This document shows positions 48,850-59,205 of a DNA stretch of 63,050 bases, one piece after another; the first letter of the stretch is position 1, and each line of letters starts with the position of its first letter. This DNA comes from a virus. A program made the position numbers and the translations under genes. The stretch covers positions 1 through 63,050 of IMG/VR virus record IMGVR_UViG_3300043640_000027, one strand, 5' to 3'. A model generated the notes under the pieces. It was given only the letters and a program-made list of their open reading frames with translations. It had not been told where the DNA came from and did not search any database.

Positions 48850-49586
48850 TACGCTGTATTCCTAGCACGATCGTAGTCCATGCTTATATCTCGGTCGGGA
48901 ACCTTCATAGAGACTGGCCGAGAGAATGATGTTCCCCGCGAAAACTCATCTGCGGTATCTGCTAGTCCGCGACGATAGCCAGCGTACTTCGCTATTCCGT
49001 TAGCGTATGTAGCTAGCTGCGAAGACAGGTCATGCATATTATCTTGGTAGCCTGCGACCGCACCAGACAGCGCCGCAGATATAGCCGTGGCTTGTTTAAT
49101 ACCTACGTTGTGCAGAGTTAATCGGTGACTCCACCGCGTATCGTTGCGCACATCCGCCCATAGTTCCTCAAACCGAAATAAGTAGTTCGCCCAATCGGCA
49201 CGAATTCTGGCGTTATCTACTTCTAATTCTGTGATGTCCGGGTCTAGGGTTTGCGCGTACATTCCAGCATGCCGATTAACCCACCCCGGTACATCGGTTA
49301 TTGCTGTGCTTAGTGGCCCCGTAGCTGGATTAAACGCAGTAGCTATGCGACTTACGTAATCTATTACGTAGGCGGGTTCTCCATAGGCTTGCGCAGCTAG
49401 AGTACGCTCCGCGCCATTCTGGAAAACATTGTAGTAGAACTGTCGCTGTTGATTATATAGATTATAGTATTTACGGGCTAACTGGATGGCTTGCAGTTCA
49501 GAGACAAGCGAACCTATACCGCCTAATGCTTCGGCGGCTTGGGTAAGTATTTCTGTTTCATCAAAAATGAAGCTCTGCGTAACCAT
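48849..49586 (-). CDS. hypothetical virion protein
   Basis: 245-aa ORF, coupled. Confidence 0.65.
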   Translation of the reverse strand: MVTQSFIFDETEILTQAAEALGGIGSLVSELQAIQLARKYYNLYNQQRQFYYNVFQNGAERTLAAQAYGEPAYVIDYVSRIATAFNPATGPLSTAITDVPGWVNRHAGMYAQTLDPDITELEVDNARIRADWANYLFRFEELWADVRNDTRWSHRLTLHNVGIKQATAISAALSGAVAGYQDNMHDLSSQLATYANGIAKYAGYRRGLADTADEFSRGTSFSRPVSMKVPDRDISMDYDRARNTA

Positions 49587-49590
49587 TATA

Positions 49591-50109
49591 TTAGCCTAGA
49601 AAGTACGGGGCTAGATCGTTCTTTAGTGGTAGGGACTCAATACCCATTAACTGTGGGCCGCCGACTAAATAAAGTACCATGGAGAATATCTCTAGCGCCA
49701 CGATACGTGCTGATCCCATGAGTTTATCGTAGATAGCGTATTCATTCATTTCTTGCCGCTGCACTGCCATATCCACGTAATCTTTATGGGAGTTAAGTAT
49801 AATGGTCAGAACTGGAACTAGTACCGGCGCATTCTTCAACCAAAACTCATTAGCATTTAACGCGTAGGTTAAATCTGTCATAGCCCGAAAGGCTCTACCA
49901 GACTCGGGGTGATTAGCGGCCAGAATGATATTGGCTAGCGATACCCCCACCTCTACCGCGTATAACGCGTAAGCTTTATATCCGGGATTGCCTTCTGAAT
50001 TATCCCCGTCGATATGAAAATGAGCCTTGAAGATATTACGTAGAGCTTCATCAACTACTAGTTGCTGTTTTACTGTTTGTTCGAGTTTAGCCTTCGATTC
50101 TGCGTTCAT
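49591..50109 (-). CDS. hypothetical virion protein
   Basis: 172-aa ORF, ATGA-coupled to the upstream gene. Confidence 0.65.
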   Translation of the reverse strand: MNAESKAKLEQTVKQQLVVDEALRNIFKAHFHIDGDNSEGNPGYKAYALYAVEVGVSLANIILAANHPESGRAFRAMTDLTYALNANEFWLKNAPVLVPVLTIILNSHKDYVDMAVQRQEMNEYAIYDKLMGSARIVALEIFSMVLYLVGGPQLMGIESLPLKNDLAPYFLG

Positions 50110-51914
50110 TGTTCCGTTAATTCCTCAATAGAAGTAGCCATGTGGATTTCATGGACTGTAGCGGTTCCATGCACTTCCACTTCCCATGTTACGCCTACTA
50201 CGGACGGCGGTAAAGCAAAAGGTTTGCTACCCGGCGCATTCGTATCATACACACAGATGCCATCGCAATAGATTTTGAGCCGCACAAACCCATCACAGTC
50301 ATGTACTACTTTAGCAAACGCGAATGTAATCTCACCCGGAAATACATACTTCTTGGATTTCCATACATAACATTGTTTCGGTGAATTGTGGTAACTATCC
50401 TTGCTCACCATGTTAGGGAGCGCCATCGTCCATACAGCATTATTAACCAATACCGCTAACCCATCATTGGTCATGCAATGGCTAGTCACCTTACCGGGCG
50501 GATAATCGAAGGTAGCTAATCTTTGCTCTGGATGACTTCCGTCTAGCGTGCTTCCGGTATCGAACAGATACCCTACGGATAAGTAAACACCATTATCTAC
50601 GGTGGCTGGCGAACAGAACCCGAAATAGGTGCCTCGAAAGTAAGCTGCATAATTGGTGTCTTGGAAACTAAGATCAGTACACTGCTGCGTAGTATCTGCC
50701 GCTGTGTACTTTACATGGTATAGGGGGCGAATGCCATTGGCTACTGACGCCGTTACGACGCGCATGCCTTCCTGCGATAGGGCCACAAGCCCCGCTGCGG
50801 ACGCGTACAGCGCGCCGCCGCCTGTCCGGGTCATAGACCCCGGCAAGCACGCGTAGTCTTCGTGGAACGGCTTAACGCTGATCTGGGCCGATAATGCATC
50901 GCCGGGGGCGACCGCCAGAATGTAGGGGAAATGGTCTGTGCCTACGTAGACGTTATCGTACTGCGCCACTAACCCAGTTATGGTGCCGGGTATAGAGATA
51001 TTATTCTCGGTCGGCCATGCATGCGTCATGTACCGTTCGGACAAACTAATATGCCCATCAGTAGTAGCTACTGCTAGCCAACCGCCTTCTGTAGCCGTTA
51101 GATACTTGTATGTGTACCCATGCGGCGGGTAGAAGTGTCCCGCGAGATAGTTATCCAGTGGTTGTGTTACAGGCGAACCGCCATCTATGTAGACATACTC
51201 ACGGAATACGCCCGCAGAATATGCGACATAATTCTTTAGTTCGGCCAGTAGATACCAATCTGTGTCTAGTGTATTGGCTATTTCTTGCCCTGTCTCTAGC
51301 GCCGAAATACTACGATACAATCTTACATAGCATCGCTCTCGTACAGGAGCATCAGCTATGCGTAAGGTCACATTTGTAGCATCTCCTTCGTAAAGTACCG
51401 CCGAAGGGTCTTGTTCTGGGATTAGCGCTAATGCAGATTCTTCTAATTTACCGTAGTTTTCTCGAACTAATGACGCCGCATACATTCGGCTCACAGGTTT
51501 TATAGAGAAATGTTCTGGGGTATGGGTTATATTAGAGAACGCCGATATTACTGGCGGCGGTACTCCGACCTCTAGAACAGCATCTATCTGAGTATGAGAA
51601 TTCTGGTAGCAGAGATTAGACCTATCGCTATCTACGATAGATGGATTAAGCCCTACAAATGTGCCGGGTACGTACACCGGGGCATCTAGTGCTGTAGCTT
51701 GCTGTAAATTCTTCGATACTATATTAGTACCGTCAAAAATAATAGTGTACCTATTACTAAGCCCACCTTGATTGCTTATCCATTTAGCTAGCGGGCGTAA
51801 GGTGCCGTCCCATAATAGACAGTTATGAGCTACTTGGGCGACGTCTTCTCGACTCAAGCGAGCCGAGACTTCTGTGTTTATTCCGCCGAACTGCTGAATG
51901 CGTACACTTGGCAT
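50106..51914 (-). CDS. large tail/virion structural protein (putative)
   Basis: 602-aa ORF directly after the fibre-like gene. Call by size and position only. Confidence 0.6.
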   Translation of the reverse strand: MPSVRIQQFGGINTEVSARLSREDVAQVAHNCLLWDGTLRPLAKWISNQGGLSNRYTIIFDGTNIVSKNLQQATALDAPVYVPGTFVGLNPSIVDSDRSNLCYQNSHTQIDAVLEVGVPPPVISAFSNITHTPEHFSIKPVSRMYAASLVRENYGKLEESALALIPEQDPSAVLYEGDATNVTLRIADAPVRERCYVRLYRSISALETGQEIANTLDTDWYLLAELKNYVAYSAGVFREYVYIDGGSPVTQPLDNYLAGHFYPPHGYTYKYLTATEGGWLAVATTDGHISLSERYMTHAWPTENNISIPGTITGLVAQYDNVYVGTDHFPYILAVAPGDALSAQISVKPFHEDYACLPGSMTRTGGGALYASAAGLVALSQEGMRVVTASVANGIRPLYHVKYTAADTTQQCTDLSFQDTNYAAYFRGTYFGFCSPATVDNGVYLSVGYLFDTGSTLDGSHPEQRLATFDYPPGKVTSHCMTNDGLAVLVNNAVWTMALPNMVSKDSYHNSPKQCYVWKSKKYVFPGEITFAFAKVVHDCDGFVRLKIYCDGICVYDTNAPGSKPFALPPSVVGVTWEVEVHGTATVHEIHMATSIEELTEQ

Positions 51915-53335
51915 TAGAATATAATCGCGGCTAGATTAGCTGATGTAATCGACGCACCAGATGGGAGCGCTGTAGTAGTGACTGCTATATTTGTAGAGTA
52001 CGCGCCAGAAAGTACAAATACCATAACTTGCTTATTCTGCGTAACAATCTTGGAGCCGTACAATTTAACACCGCTAGACGCAAATACGGCCACACCGAAC
52101 GCTACCGGAGTAAGAGGAGTGGAAGCATCCACCGCTTCCACTTCTGCTACTATCAGAATCTTCTGACTTGCTGTGGTATTAAGTGTTACCGCTGTAGTAG
52201 ACACGGCGTTATTATACAAAGCATCCGCTTCACCATTAGACGACCCCGCTCCTAGCAGCGTAGAACCCGCTCCTGCTAAGGCTTGTACTAACATCTTAGG
52301 TGTTACAGCGGTACTATCATCGGCTGGATTAGGTGCAGCAGAACTGTCTGCGAGCGCTACGATACCTTCAACACCTACGTCTGCATTATTAAGTGTTATT
52401 GTATACGCGGTGCCGGATAGTGTAGCCGAGCCACCATTAGTCAGAGTTAGTGAACCTACCGGCGCATACCCGCCCGTGACTCCTGTTAGCTGACCTTGGG
52501 CATTAAACGTGAATCCACCGTAAGCCCCTGCGGCCACACCTGTATTAGATATAGAGAGCGTTGGGTTAGTATTCGGTGAACCTGTTAGAGATAGACCCGT
52601 GCCAGCATTAACTGTAGTGACTGTGCCCGTACCGCCACCGCCACCACCTGTGATTGTGTAGCCATCTGCCCATGAGCCAGATACGGTTACGCCACCTGTG
52701 CCTTGAAAGGACGGCGATGGTAGTGTTAATGTTAGAGTCTCTGCGGATATGCTAGCTTGCAGAATGGAACTTACGACAACTACCTGATTAACTCCACTTC
52801 CGCTAGTACCACCGCCTCCACCGCAGCACCCACTATCCCCCGCCCCTTCGTAGGCGAAGTTTAGGTTAGGCCATACTCCTTGTATACTTATACCATCGGA
52901 GCCGGTAAAATTGGGTGGTGTTACGGTTGCGATATATGTAGTAACGCCCCCTGACGTAGAAGCTTGCGTAGTAACCAGTCCTTGTCCGACCACGTTCACG
53001 TCTACGGTAGCAGGGGTAGCGGCTATTAAATCCTGTATGGCTTGTGCGCCGAAATGATCGTATAGTACTGTATCAACGGCGCTAAATGTCTTAGCTGTCG
53101 AGCCAGACTGCGCGCGAGTTACTACCAAATACGTAGTTTGGGTATTAATTACTTTAACTTCTTCCGAATATATATCATTCGTAATAGTTAGATACGTCCA
53201 GTCTCCCGCGCCGAAGTTTAGATTAGCGGTTACATTGGATAGCGTATCCGCATCTACGGGTATAAGAGTAGTGGCCGCCGAAATATCAGCAGTCAATAAA
53301 CCATTAATTTTGGTATACAGAATCTTAAGAGCCAT
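51914..53335 (-). CDS. tail fibre-like protein carrying the shared N-terminal module
   Basis: The N-terminal ~170 aa are paralogous to 56080..56634, 58252..59205 and 59189..59677, and end in SGCCGGGGG. Gly/Thr/Ser-rich repetitive C-terminal part with poly-Gly runs. Confidence 0.65.
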   Translation of the reverse strand: MALKILYTKINGLLTADISAATTLIPVDADTLSNVTANLNFGAGDWTYLTITNDIYSEEVKVINTQTTYLVVTRAQSGSTAKTFSAVDTVLYDHFGAQAIQDLIAATPATVDVNVVGQGLVTTQASTSGGVTTYIATVTPPNFTGSDGISIQGVWPNLNFAYEGAGDSGCCGGGGGTSGSGVNQVVVVSSILQASISAETLTLTLPSPSFQGTGGVTVSGSWADGYTITGGGGGGTGTVTTVNAGTGLSLTGSPNTNPTLSISNTGVAAGAYGGFTFNAQGQLTGVTGGYAPVGSLTLTNGGSATLSGTAYTITLNNADVGVEGIVALADSSAAPNPADDSTAVTPKMLVQALAGAGSTLLGAGSSNGEADALYNNAVSTTAVTLNTTASQKILIVAEVEAVDASTPLTPVAFGVAVFASSGVKLYGSKIVTQNKQVMVFVLSGAYSTNIAVTTTALPSGASITSANLAAIIF

Positions 53336-53351
53336 GGCTATTCCTAACTAC

Positions 53352-53558
53352 TCAGTTAAATGATATTTGACCCTGCGATCCACCGCCGCCCCCGCCGCTA
53401 GCAGGCATGATACCTATACCTATAGCTTTTGCAGCCAAATCACTAAATAGTGAAGTTACAGCCGCAGTCTTCATAAGAGTAGACGCATTTTTAGGTGCGA
53501 ACCCAGAATTAGCGAAGTCTACTAATAGCTTAGGAACTGGTATGACTATGACTGCCAT
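53352..53558 (-). CDS. hypothetical small protein
   Basis: 68-aa ORF with a GGGGGGS run; stop/start coupling. Confidence 0.5.
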   Translation of the reverse strand: MAVIVIPVPKLLVDFANSGFAPKNASTLMKTAAVTSLFSDLAAKAIGIGIMPASGGGGGGSQGQISFN

Positions 53559-54472
53559 TACTGAAACTTCATAAGTAGAGAATATAGGGTGTTATTGGGT
53601 AGTGCTGCCCCCATCGCCCCGCTGCCGATCATTATATAGTCCTGCGCCGCTCCCACTACTGCGGTGTGCGCTGTCGCTCCCTGCGCTGTTTCCGCTATCA
53701 AACCCTGTATAGCCCAATTAACTGGGGTTATTAGCGGTAGACACGCAAAACACGGGAATACTTGAATATCCCCACTAGGTATTGCGGTAGCGGTTAATGC
53801 ATATGGCGCTAACGAGAAATAAGAAGTGGTACTGTAAGCCACTCCTGTATCTGTGTTCATGCAATACATGACCCACGGATTATTCTGCGGTGTACCGAAC
53901 GCCGCAGTGTTCTTTAGGAAACAGTACCCACCACCTATATAATTTCCGCTGCTATCCGAAGGCCGTCCGATCATAAATGCTGCGTTCGGCCATGAGCCGC
54001 CATTGTACGCACTAACGCCTTCCAGTTTATGTACTACCCCCAAATAACTCCCGTCGAAACAGAAGTAGGATTGATAGGGCGTACTTGTTGAGCGTATGCC
54101 GCCAGCGGCTCTATCGTAAGGATTCATCGGGGTACGTGCAGATAGATTGCCGCCTAAAACCCCCGCTCCACTTGTGGTTGTTCCTACAGTTATCCATATA
54201 TTAGGTTGTGCGACAACCGGACCTGAACCGTACTCTATCTTTATAAATATAGGGTACGTGGATTGTAAGGCATCAGTAAACTTATAAATCTCATACCCCG
54301 CAGCGGTGTTAACTACTGTGGGACGTAAAACTGTAGTCCAATTAATCTGACCTGTATCTGTTGTTTGAGAAAGCCCACACGCCTGTAGCGCAGTAGAGAA
54401 CTCAAGTCCCCACGTCCTAAAATCTGCGTCTGTAGTATTGGCGAACACGGTAGAGAAGTTTTGAGTAGCCAT
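53558..54472 (-). CDS. hypothetical tail/receptor-binding-like protein (tandem paralogue 2)
   Basis: The N-terminal ~90 aa closely match 54474..55415 (e.g. TDTGQINWTTVLRP, AAGYEIYKFTDALQ). Confidence 0.65.
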   Translation of the reverse strand: MATQNFSTVFANTTDADFRTWGLEFSTALQACGLSQTTDTGQINWTTVLRPTVVNTAAGYEIYKFTDALQSTYPIFIKIEYGSGPVVAQPNIWITVGTTTSGAGVLGGNLSARTPMNPYDRAAGGIRSTSTPYQSYFCFDGSYLGVVHKLEGVSAYNGGSWPNAAFMIGRPSDSSGNYIGGGYCFLKNTAAFGTPQNNPWVMYCMNTDTGVAYSTTSYFSLAPYALTATAIPSGDIQVFPCFACLPLITPVNWAIQGLIAETAQGATAHTAVVGAAQDYIMIGSGAMGAALPNNTLYSLLMKFQ

Positions 54473-54473
54473 A

Positions 54474-55415
54474 TTATTCCCACAACATTAGCATGGAGTA
54501 GTTATTATTGGACGGTAGTCCCCATCCAGCCGATGCCGAACCTGTCATTAAATACGTATGCGAAGCCGACCCTACAGGAGTGGCTTTTATAGTTACACCT
54601 AAAGGTAATTCTGCGTTTAACCCATACAGTAACCACTGATTAGGGGATACTTCTGGGTATACTCCGTAAGTAGGGAACACCTGAAACTGTGCCCCACCTA
54701 CTGCGGAAGTAGTCATTTGGTATGGCACCCAACTAAAATATCCGCCTGCTTGAGAGTACATTATACCAGTTACTGTATTTATACAGAAAGTCTGCGCTAC
54801 ATCGAAGAATGTGGATGCTGGGTTAGTAGCGTCTTGCATACACGCCATTATCTTGCCGCCTATATACGCCCCAGTATTATCTACTGCGCGTCCTATAGTA
54901 AACATGGTGCTCCCGCCTACTTGACTAGAGTACGTATTATACAGCCCACCTACCTTTAATGCGACGCCCAAAAAACTTCCATTGAAACTTACGAATGTGG
55001 GGTACGACACGGTGTTATATCCTATGACCCGCGCGTTCTGTCCTCCCGCATTGCACATTATCTGTATCCGTGTAGTAAGCACGCCTGTTAATGTGCCTGC
55101 TCCATTCGAGCCTTGCCCTATAGTTAGCCATAGCGCTGGGCTATCGAAATTTGTATGCGTACTACCTGTACCGTACTCTAGTTTTACGAATATGGGGAAG
55201 GTAGCTTGTAGTGCATCGGTAAACTTGTAAATCTCGTATCCCGCAGCAACGTTATTTCCGGCAGGACGTAATACCGTAGTCCAATTAATCTGTCCTGTAT
55301 CTGCGGTCTGTAAAAGCCCGCAAGTCTGCATAGATGCAGAAAGCGCTGAACCCCACGCTCTAAATTCTGCGTCTGTTGTATGTGACCATGCGGTAGAATA
55401 GATAGCTGTGGTCAT
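54474..55415 (-). CDS. hypothetical tail/receptor-binding-like protein (tandem paralogue 1)
   Basis: 313 aa, collinear paralogue of 53558..54472. Confidence 0.65.
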   Translation of the reverse strand: MTTAIYSTAWSHTTDAEFRAWGSALSASMQTCGLLQTADTGQINWTTVLRPAGNNVAAGYEIYKFTDALQATFPIFVKLEYGTGSTHTNFDSPALWLTIGQGSNGAGTLTGVLTTRIQIMCNAGGQNARVIGYNTVSYPTFVSFNGSFLGVALKVGGLYNTYSSQVGGSTMFTIGRAVDNTGAYIGGKIMACMQDATNPASTFFDVAQTFCINTVTGIMYSQAGGYFSWVPYQMTTSAVGGAQFQVFPTYGVYPEVSPNQWLLYGLNAELPLGVTIKATPVGSASHTYLMTGSASAGWGLPSNNNYSMLMLWE

Positions 55416-56080
55416 ACCCTTTTCCCAAAAAGCGCTAAGTTAAACCATGTAGCCGTACTAGCAGATTTAATCACAATTTCTACGAGTGCGCCTCTCGGAA
55501 TGTTTACACTGTCCCAAGTAGACAAATTTATCGAAGAGTTGTAGGTTGACCCAGCTATAGTGGGAAAGTTTCCGGCACCTACTATAGTCGATGTAGCGCT
55601 ACCTAGTGTTCCTACTTTCACGTCTACAACTACTGACCCAGATGGATCGCACTGTATACTCCATCCTGTCAATTGGTACGCTGCGGTGGATATTCCCGTT
55701 ATACCGTCGCCGGACTTTAATTCCGCGCCGCCTACTGATCCATACGAAGCATTTATTCCCCCTGCTACTGGTGTAGTGGAAGTGTAGATAGGAGCTTCTG
55801 GATTGGTATTATCTATGGTTAAATTATTACCCGCTACAGGGACTGGTACAGATACTTTAGGGTTATTAACATCGGAGGCATCTACGACTACCCCACCTGT
55901 TCCAGCTACTATAGTTTGCACCGATTGGCGTAAAGCTATGTCGGCTACTTTGGCCGCTGTACTTTGTTGGCTAGCACCTGCGCCCGTACCGGCTTGTATC
56001 TCAACCAGTTCTGTGCCCACTAACTCACTAGGGCCGGGAGGCAAGTCCGATATTAATTTTACTGTTGTGGGGTCGGCCAT
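55412..56080 (-). CDS. tail fibre-like protein (putative)
   Basis: 222 aa, Gly/Thr/Ser/Val-rich and beta-rich in composition; coupled within the tail gene block. Confidence 0.55.
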   Translation of the reverse strand: MADPTTVKLISDLPPGPSELVGTELVEIQAGTGAGASQQSTAAKVADIALRQSVQTIVAGTGGVVVDASDVNNPKVSVPVPVAGNNLTIDNTNPEAPIYTSTTPVAGGINASYGSVGGAELKSGDGITGISTAAYQLTGWSIQCDPSGSVVVDVKVGTLGSATSTIVGAGNFPTIAGSTYNSSINLSTWDSVNIPRGALVEIVIKSASTATWFNLALFGKRV

Positions 56081-56634
56081 TAAATATATCCCCTATAACT
56101 TCCATCGGTAGTTACTCGATAGTAGCCTTCGGTTACGATTCTTAGATCAAAGTATGAAAGTGGTATAGGTGGAGGTTCAGAAGACGCGGCGCATCCAGCA
56201 TTATCAGGTATATCCTGTATTAGCCACTTGCTGCCGTTCCCTTCTACGCTTATGCCACCTATACCAGCTAACCGGAAATTTGCGTACCCTAGAACACCGT
56301 CGCTATTTACTATGGGGTATTGGGCATCTATGATTACTTCCGTGTAAACTACAGCGTCTTCTATTTCTGCACTTGTCAACCTGTATCCTATGCGGGTTCC
56401 ACTAGGCCATGTTTTGCGTTCTGTGCCGTCTACTCCGCGTACTACCAGCGCAAGATTAGGCGCTTGCACGGATTGTACTCTAACCACTTCCCGCTTGTCT
56501 ATTACTAGATAACAGTAATCGCTGTCTAGCAGATTAGATATATAGGCCCATGTAGCAGGATCGAGCGCTAAAGTATTATCCTTAGCACTCACTAGACTAA
56601 CTACGGTTCCGGCTGCTAAGTATGCGCGTTTCAC
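56080..56634 (-). CDS. protein carrying the shared fibre-anchor-like module
   Basis: 184 aa. Motifs DYCYLVI, EVVRV, RGVDGT and WPSGTRIGYRLT are shared with three other ORFs. GCA replaces GCC at the module end. Confidence 0.6.
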   Translation of the reverse strand: MKRAYLAAGTVVSLVSAKDNTLALDPATWAYISNLLDSDYCYLVIDKREVVRVQSVQAPNLALVVRGVDGTERKTWPSGTRIGYRLTSAEIEDAVVYTEVIIDAQYPIVNSDGVLGYANFRLAGIGGISVEGNGSKWLIQDIPDNAGCAASSEPPPIPLSYFDLRIVTEGYYRVTTDGSYRGYI

Positions 56635-57221
56635 AATTGATCTGTCTGTAGTTTTATTTGGAGCCTATTTATCCCATTCATATCTACGCGTACCAATGTG
56701 CCTCCTACACTCTCCCTAAGTAGAAGTTCCGCTGTATACCTGTCTCGCTGTCTACGGTGGTACAGACTACCGTTACGCGTGTATAGTAGCAGAATATCCG
56801 AATTAACAATCTCCCAAGCTCTGCGGTCATCTAGGCACACTCTACAGGATGTAACCGCCGTGGGCAAGTCACTTATAACCATACGGCCCACTAATGGGTC
56901 GAACCACCAGTAGTGCCATTGGTTTGCATAACTATACGCCAAGAATGGATTCATATTCTGGTCGAATGTGCCGACTATTTCCTGTACTACTCCGCCTACT
57001 TGAAGTAATTGTATTCGTCCAGAAGTATTTGGCGCCGAGACATATATAGTATCCTCTATAGCTTCGAATACCCACAATTGGTACTCTAATCCTTTAGTAG
57101 TATTGTTAAGTGCTATCCCACCTATCTCGTAGTCCATTAGGGCAGTAGGGTCTGGTTGGGCTACCCCCTTCCACATATAGTAGACTACTACTTGTGAAAG
57201 GGAGTTATTAGGCATAGCCAT
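56631..57221 (-). CDS. hypothetical virion protein
   Basis: Start chosen at ATG 57221, overlapping the upstream stop (TAATG). The track start 57320 would overlap the upstream gene by 100 nt. Confidence 0.55.
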   Translation of the reverse strand: MAMPNNSLSQVVVYYMWKGVAQPDPTALMDYEIGGIALNNTTKGLEYQLWVFEAIEDTIYVSAPNTSGRIQLLQVGGVVQEIVGTFDQNMNPFLAYSYANQWHYWWFDPLVGRMVISDLPTAVTSCRVCLDDRRAWEIVNSDILLLYTRNGSLYHRRQRDRYTAELLLRESVGGTLVRVDMNGINRLQIKLQTDQL

Positions 57222-58252
57222 TATGGGTATCGCCCCCACGAACACCGGAAGTTGCATTGCAGTTGTTGCCCCAGTGTTTTTATGATCGGGGCGCTTAGCA
57301 ACCCGAACTGATACGCCCACATATGGTACGAAAAAGTAAACGACGCTATCGTCCCTGTCCCATTATTAGTGGGGAACGTACCTTTTATATCTATGTAGCA
57401 TGTACCAGAATTAGATAGGTCATTTACAAACTGTATTATAGGTATTGAATATATGTTGCTATTTATACTACCTAGTTGCCCCGTAGGACTTCCACTCAGC
57501 GCGGGTACTATGGCGCCGGAATATAGGGTGATAAGTTTGTATCCTGCTTTAGTATTTCCTGTATTCGCTAATTGTTGGGTCGCCTGCCATAGACGGTATG
57601 TGCCCGTTATCGGACTGCCGTTCAAGTTAAAGCTAAACGCGTGATCTGTAACGTCTAAATACCAACGTAGTTCCCACGTGACTGTTAGAATCTCGTCACT
57701 AAGTACGGTAATAGCTGTGGGGTTCCCTGCATCGTCTAGTATTAATGCGCGGCTAAACAAGTCAGAACTAGCCGATGCGCCGCCCGGATAGGTGCCGACT
57801 TCGGTTAGGTTGCCCGCTGCCGCGCCTGTACCGAACTGGTAGTTGTATCGGGCATACCAGTAAGCTGGATCGCCTCCCGCCGCTGCCACGTAGCCCGCTG
57901 ACGACTTGCCGGGGTATCCGCCAGTGCCACCGCCCGTAGAACTAGAAACGGCGGCTCTAAAAGCCGCTAATTGCACGTCTGTAGTTAGCGGGGTTGTATT
58001 GCCTGTACCTACACAGCAATTAGACGCTATGTCACCAGTGTCGTCGAAAGACCCCGCGTGTGGTAAACTATACCATTCTACTAGACCCCTATCCGTGATG
58101 ATATTCTTAAACCACCCGGTATCTTTAGTTACTTCCATAGTTTCCGCTTTGCGTACTTTCGCACGGTAGTACCCTGCTGCACCAGCATGCATGTGCAAGG
58201 TGTTTTCCGGTATCCGCAGAGACTTCCTTTGGGGTAGTATGATTCTTCCCAT
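57221..58252 (-). CDS. hypothetical tail protein
   Basis: 343-aa ORF with TAATG coupling to the upstream gene. Confidence 0.6.
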   Translation of the reverse strand: MGRIILPQRKSLRIPENTLHMHAGAAGYYRAKVRKAETMEVTKDTGWFKNIITDRGLVEWYSLPHAGSFDDTGDIASNCCVGTGNTTPLTTDVQLAAFRAAVSSSTGGGTGGYPGKSSAGYVAAAGGDPAYWYARYNYQFGTGAAAGNLTEVGTYPGGASASSDLFSRALILDDAGNPTAITVLSDEILTVTWELRWYLDVTDHAFSFNLNGSPITGTYRLWQATQQLANTGNTKAGYKLITLYSGAIVPALSGSPTGQLGSINSNIYSIPIIQFVNDLSNSGTCYIDIKGTFPTNNGTGTIASFTFSYHMWAYQFGLLSAPIIKTLGQQLQCNFRCSWGRYP

Positions 58253-59205
58253 TATGATAACGTCCAGTCTAGTAATTTTATTGTGGGGAGTACGTACTTA
58301 TCTAGTGCGCGTGGGTAATCTACTTGCCCACCGAACATTAGCATTTCCAGTGGATACGCCCCTCTCGCTATGTACTTCTCTGGAGGAGCTGTAAAATCTG
58401 CTTCCCCGCCAAACTTATACCAATCGTCGAATACCCCGACCCCTATATCCTGCGATATGTACTTTTCCGTAGGGGCTGTAAAAGATGTTTCACTACCGTA
58501 GTTCTCCCAATCCAGCAACCCTACTCCGTGACTGACATACTTATCTAGTATAGATGGTTGTACTAGAAGCCACCAATCAGAATTAAAGTATATCGGCGGT
58601 ATCGGATTTCCTAATCTATCTTTTGGGTTAGGAGTTACTAACTCTATTACTTCTTGGGGGTACAGCATACTAGTTAAGTAGAAGAACGGGCCGGGTATAA
58701 AAGGTGCGCCAGTTACTCCCCCATCGCAGCACCCAAACATACCTATTTTATCGAATATAACTAATTCGTTCCCTTCTGTTCTAGCCTCTATTCCACCTAC
58801 GGTATCCGCGTGTATAGCGTCTGCGCCGATAGTCCAATTACCATTACCCCCGGATACGTTCGCGAATCCATACCCACTAGCGTATATATTATAGTTGGCT
58901 GCTGTAGTAGCGTCTTGGATTTCTACGCCAGTTAATCTGTAGACTATCCTAGTGCCTGTAGGAAAACCCTGCGTACAAGTGCCATCTTGTCCTCTGTCTA
59001 CTCTAAATCCCGAGTAGTCCTTGCGTATTTTGATTACTTCTAGAACGCATTCGTTAACTAGAGTAAGGTAGCAATGGTCGCCCAACCCTAGAGTGTCTAG
59101 TAAGTCAGCAATATCTCCATCTACTGCCACGTCTTCGGACGCCTTGCTTAGAGGCGCTAATAGTATTCCATTAGCTAGATATAGTCTCTTAATCACAACA
59201 GCCAC
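58252..59205 (-). CDS. tail fibre-like protein carrying the shared N-terminal module
   Basis: 317 aa. Motifs DHCYLTL, LEVIKI, RGQDGT and FPTGTRIVYRLT, with the module ending in FGCCDGG. Confidence 0.65.
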   Translation of the reverse strand: MAVVIKRLYLANGILLAPLSKASEDVAVDGDIADLLDTLGLGDHCYLTLVNECVLEVIKIRKDYSGFRVDRGQDGTCTQGFPTGTRIVYRLTGVEIQDATTAANYNIYASGYGFANVSGGNGNWTIGADAIHADTVGGIEARTEGNELVIFDKIGMFGCCDGGVTGAPFIPGPFFYLTSMLYPQEVIELVTPNPKDRLGNPIPPIYFNSDWWLLVQPSILDKYVSHGVGLLDWENYGSETSFTAPTEKYISQDIGVGVFDDWYKFGGEADFTAPPEKYIARGAYPLEMLMFGGQVDYPRALDKYVLPTIKLLDWTLS

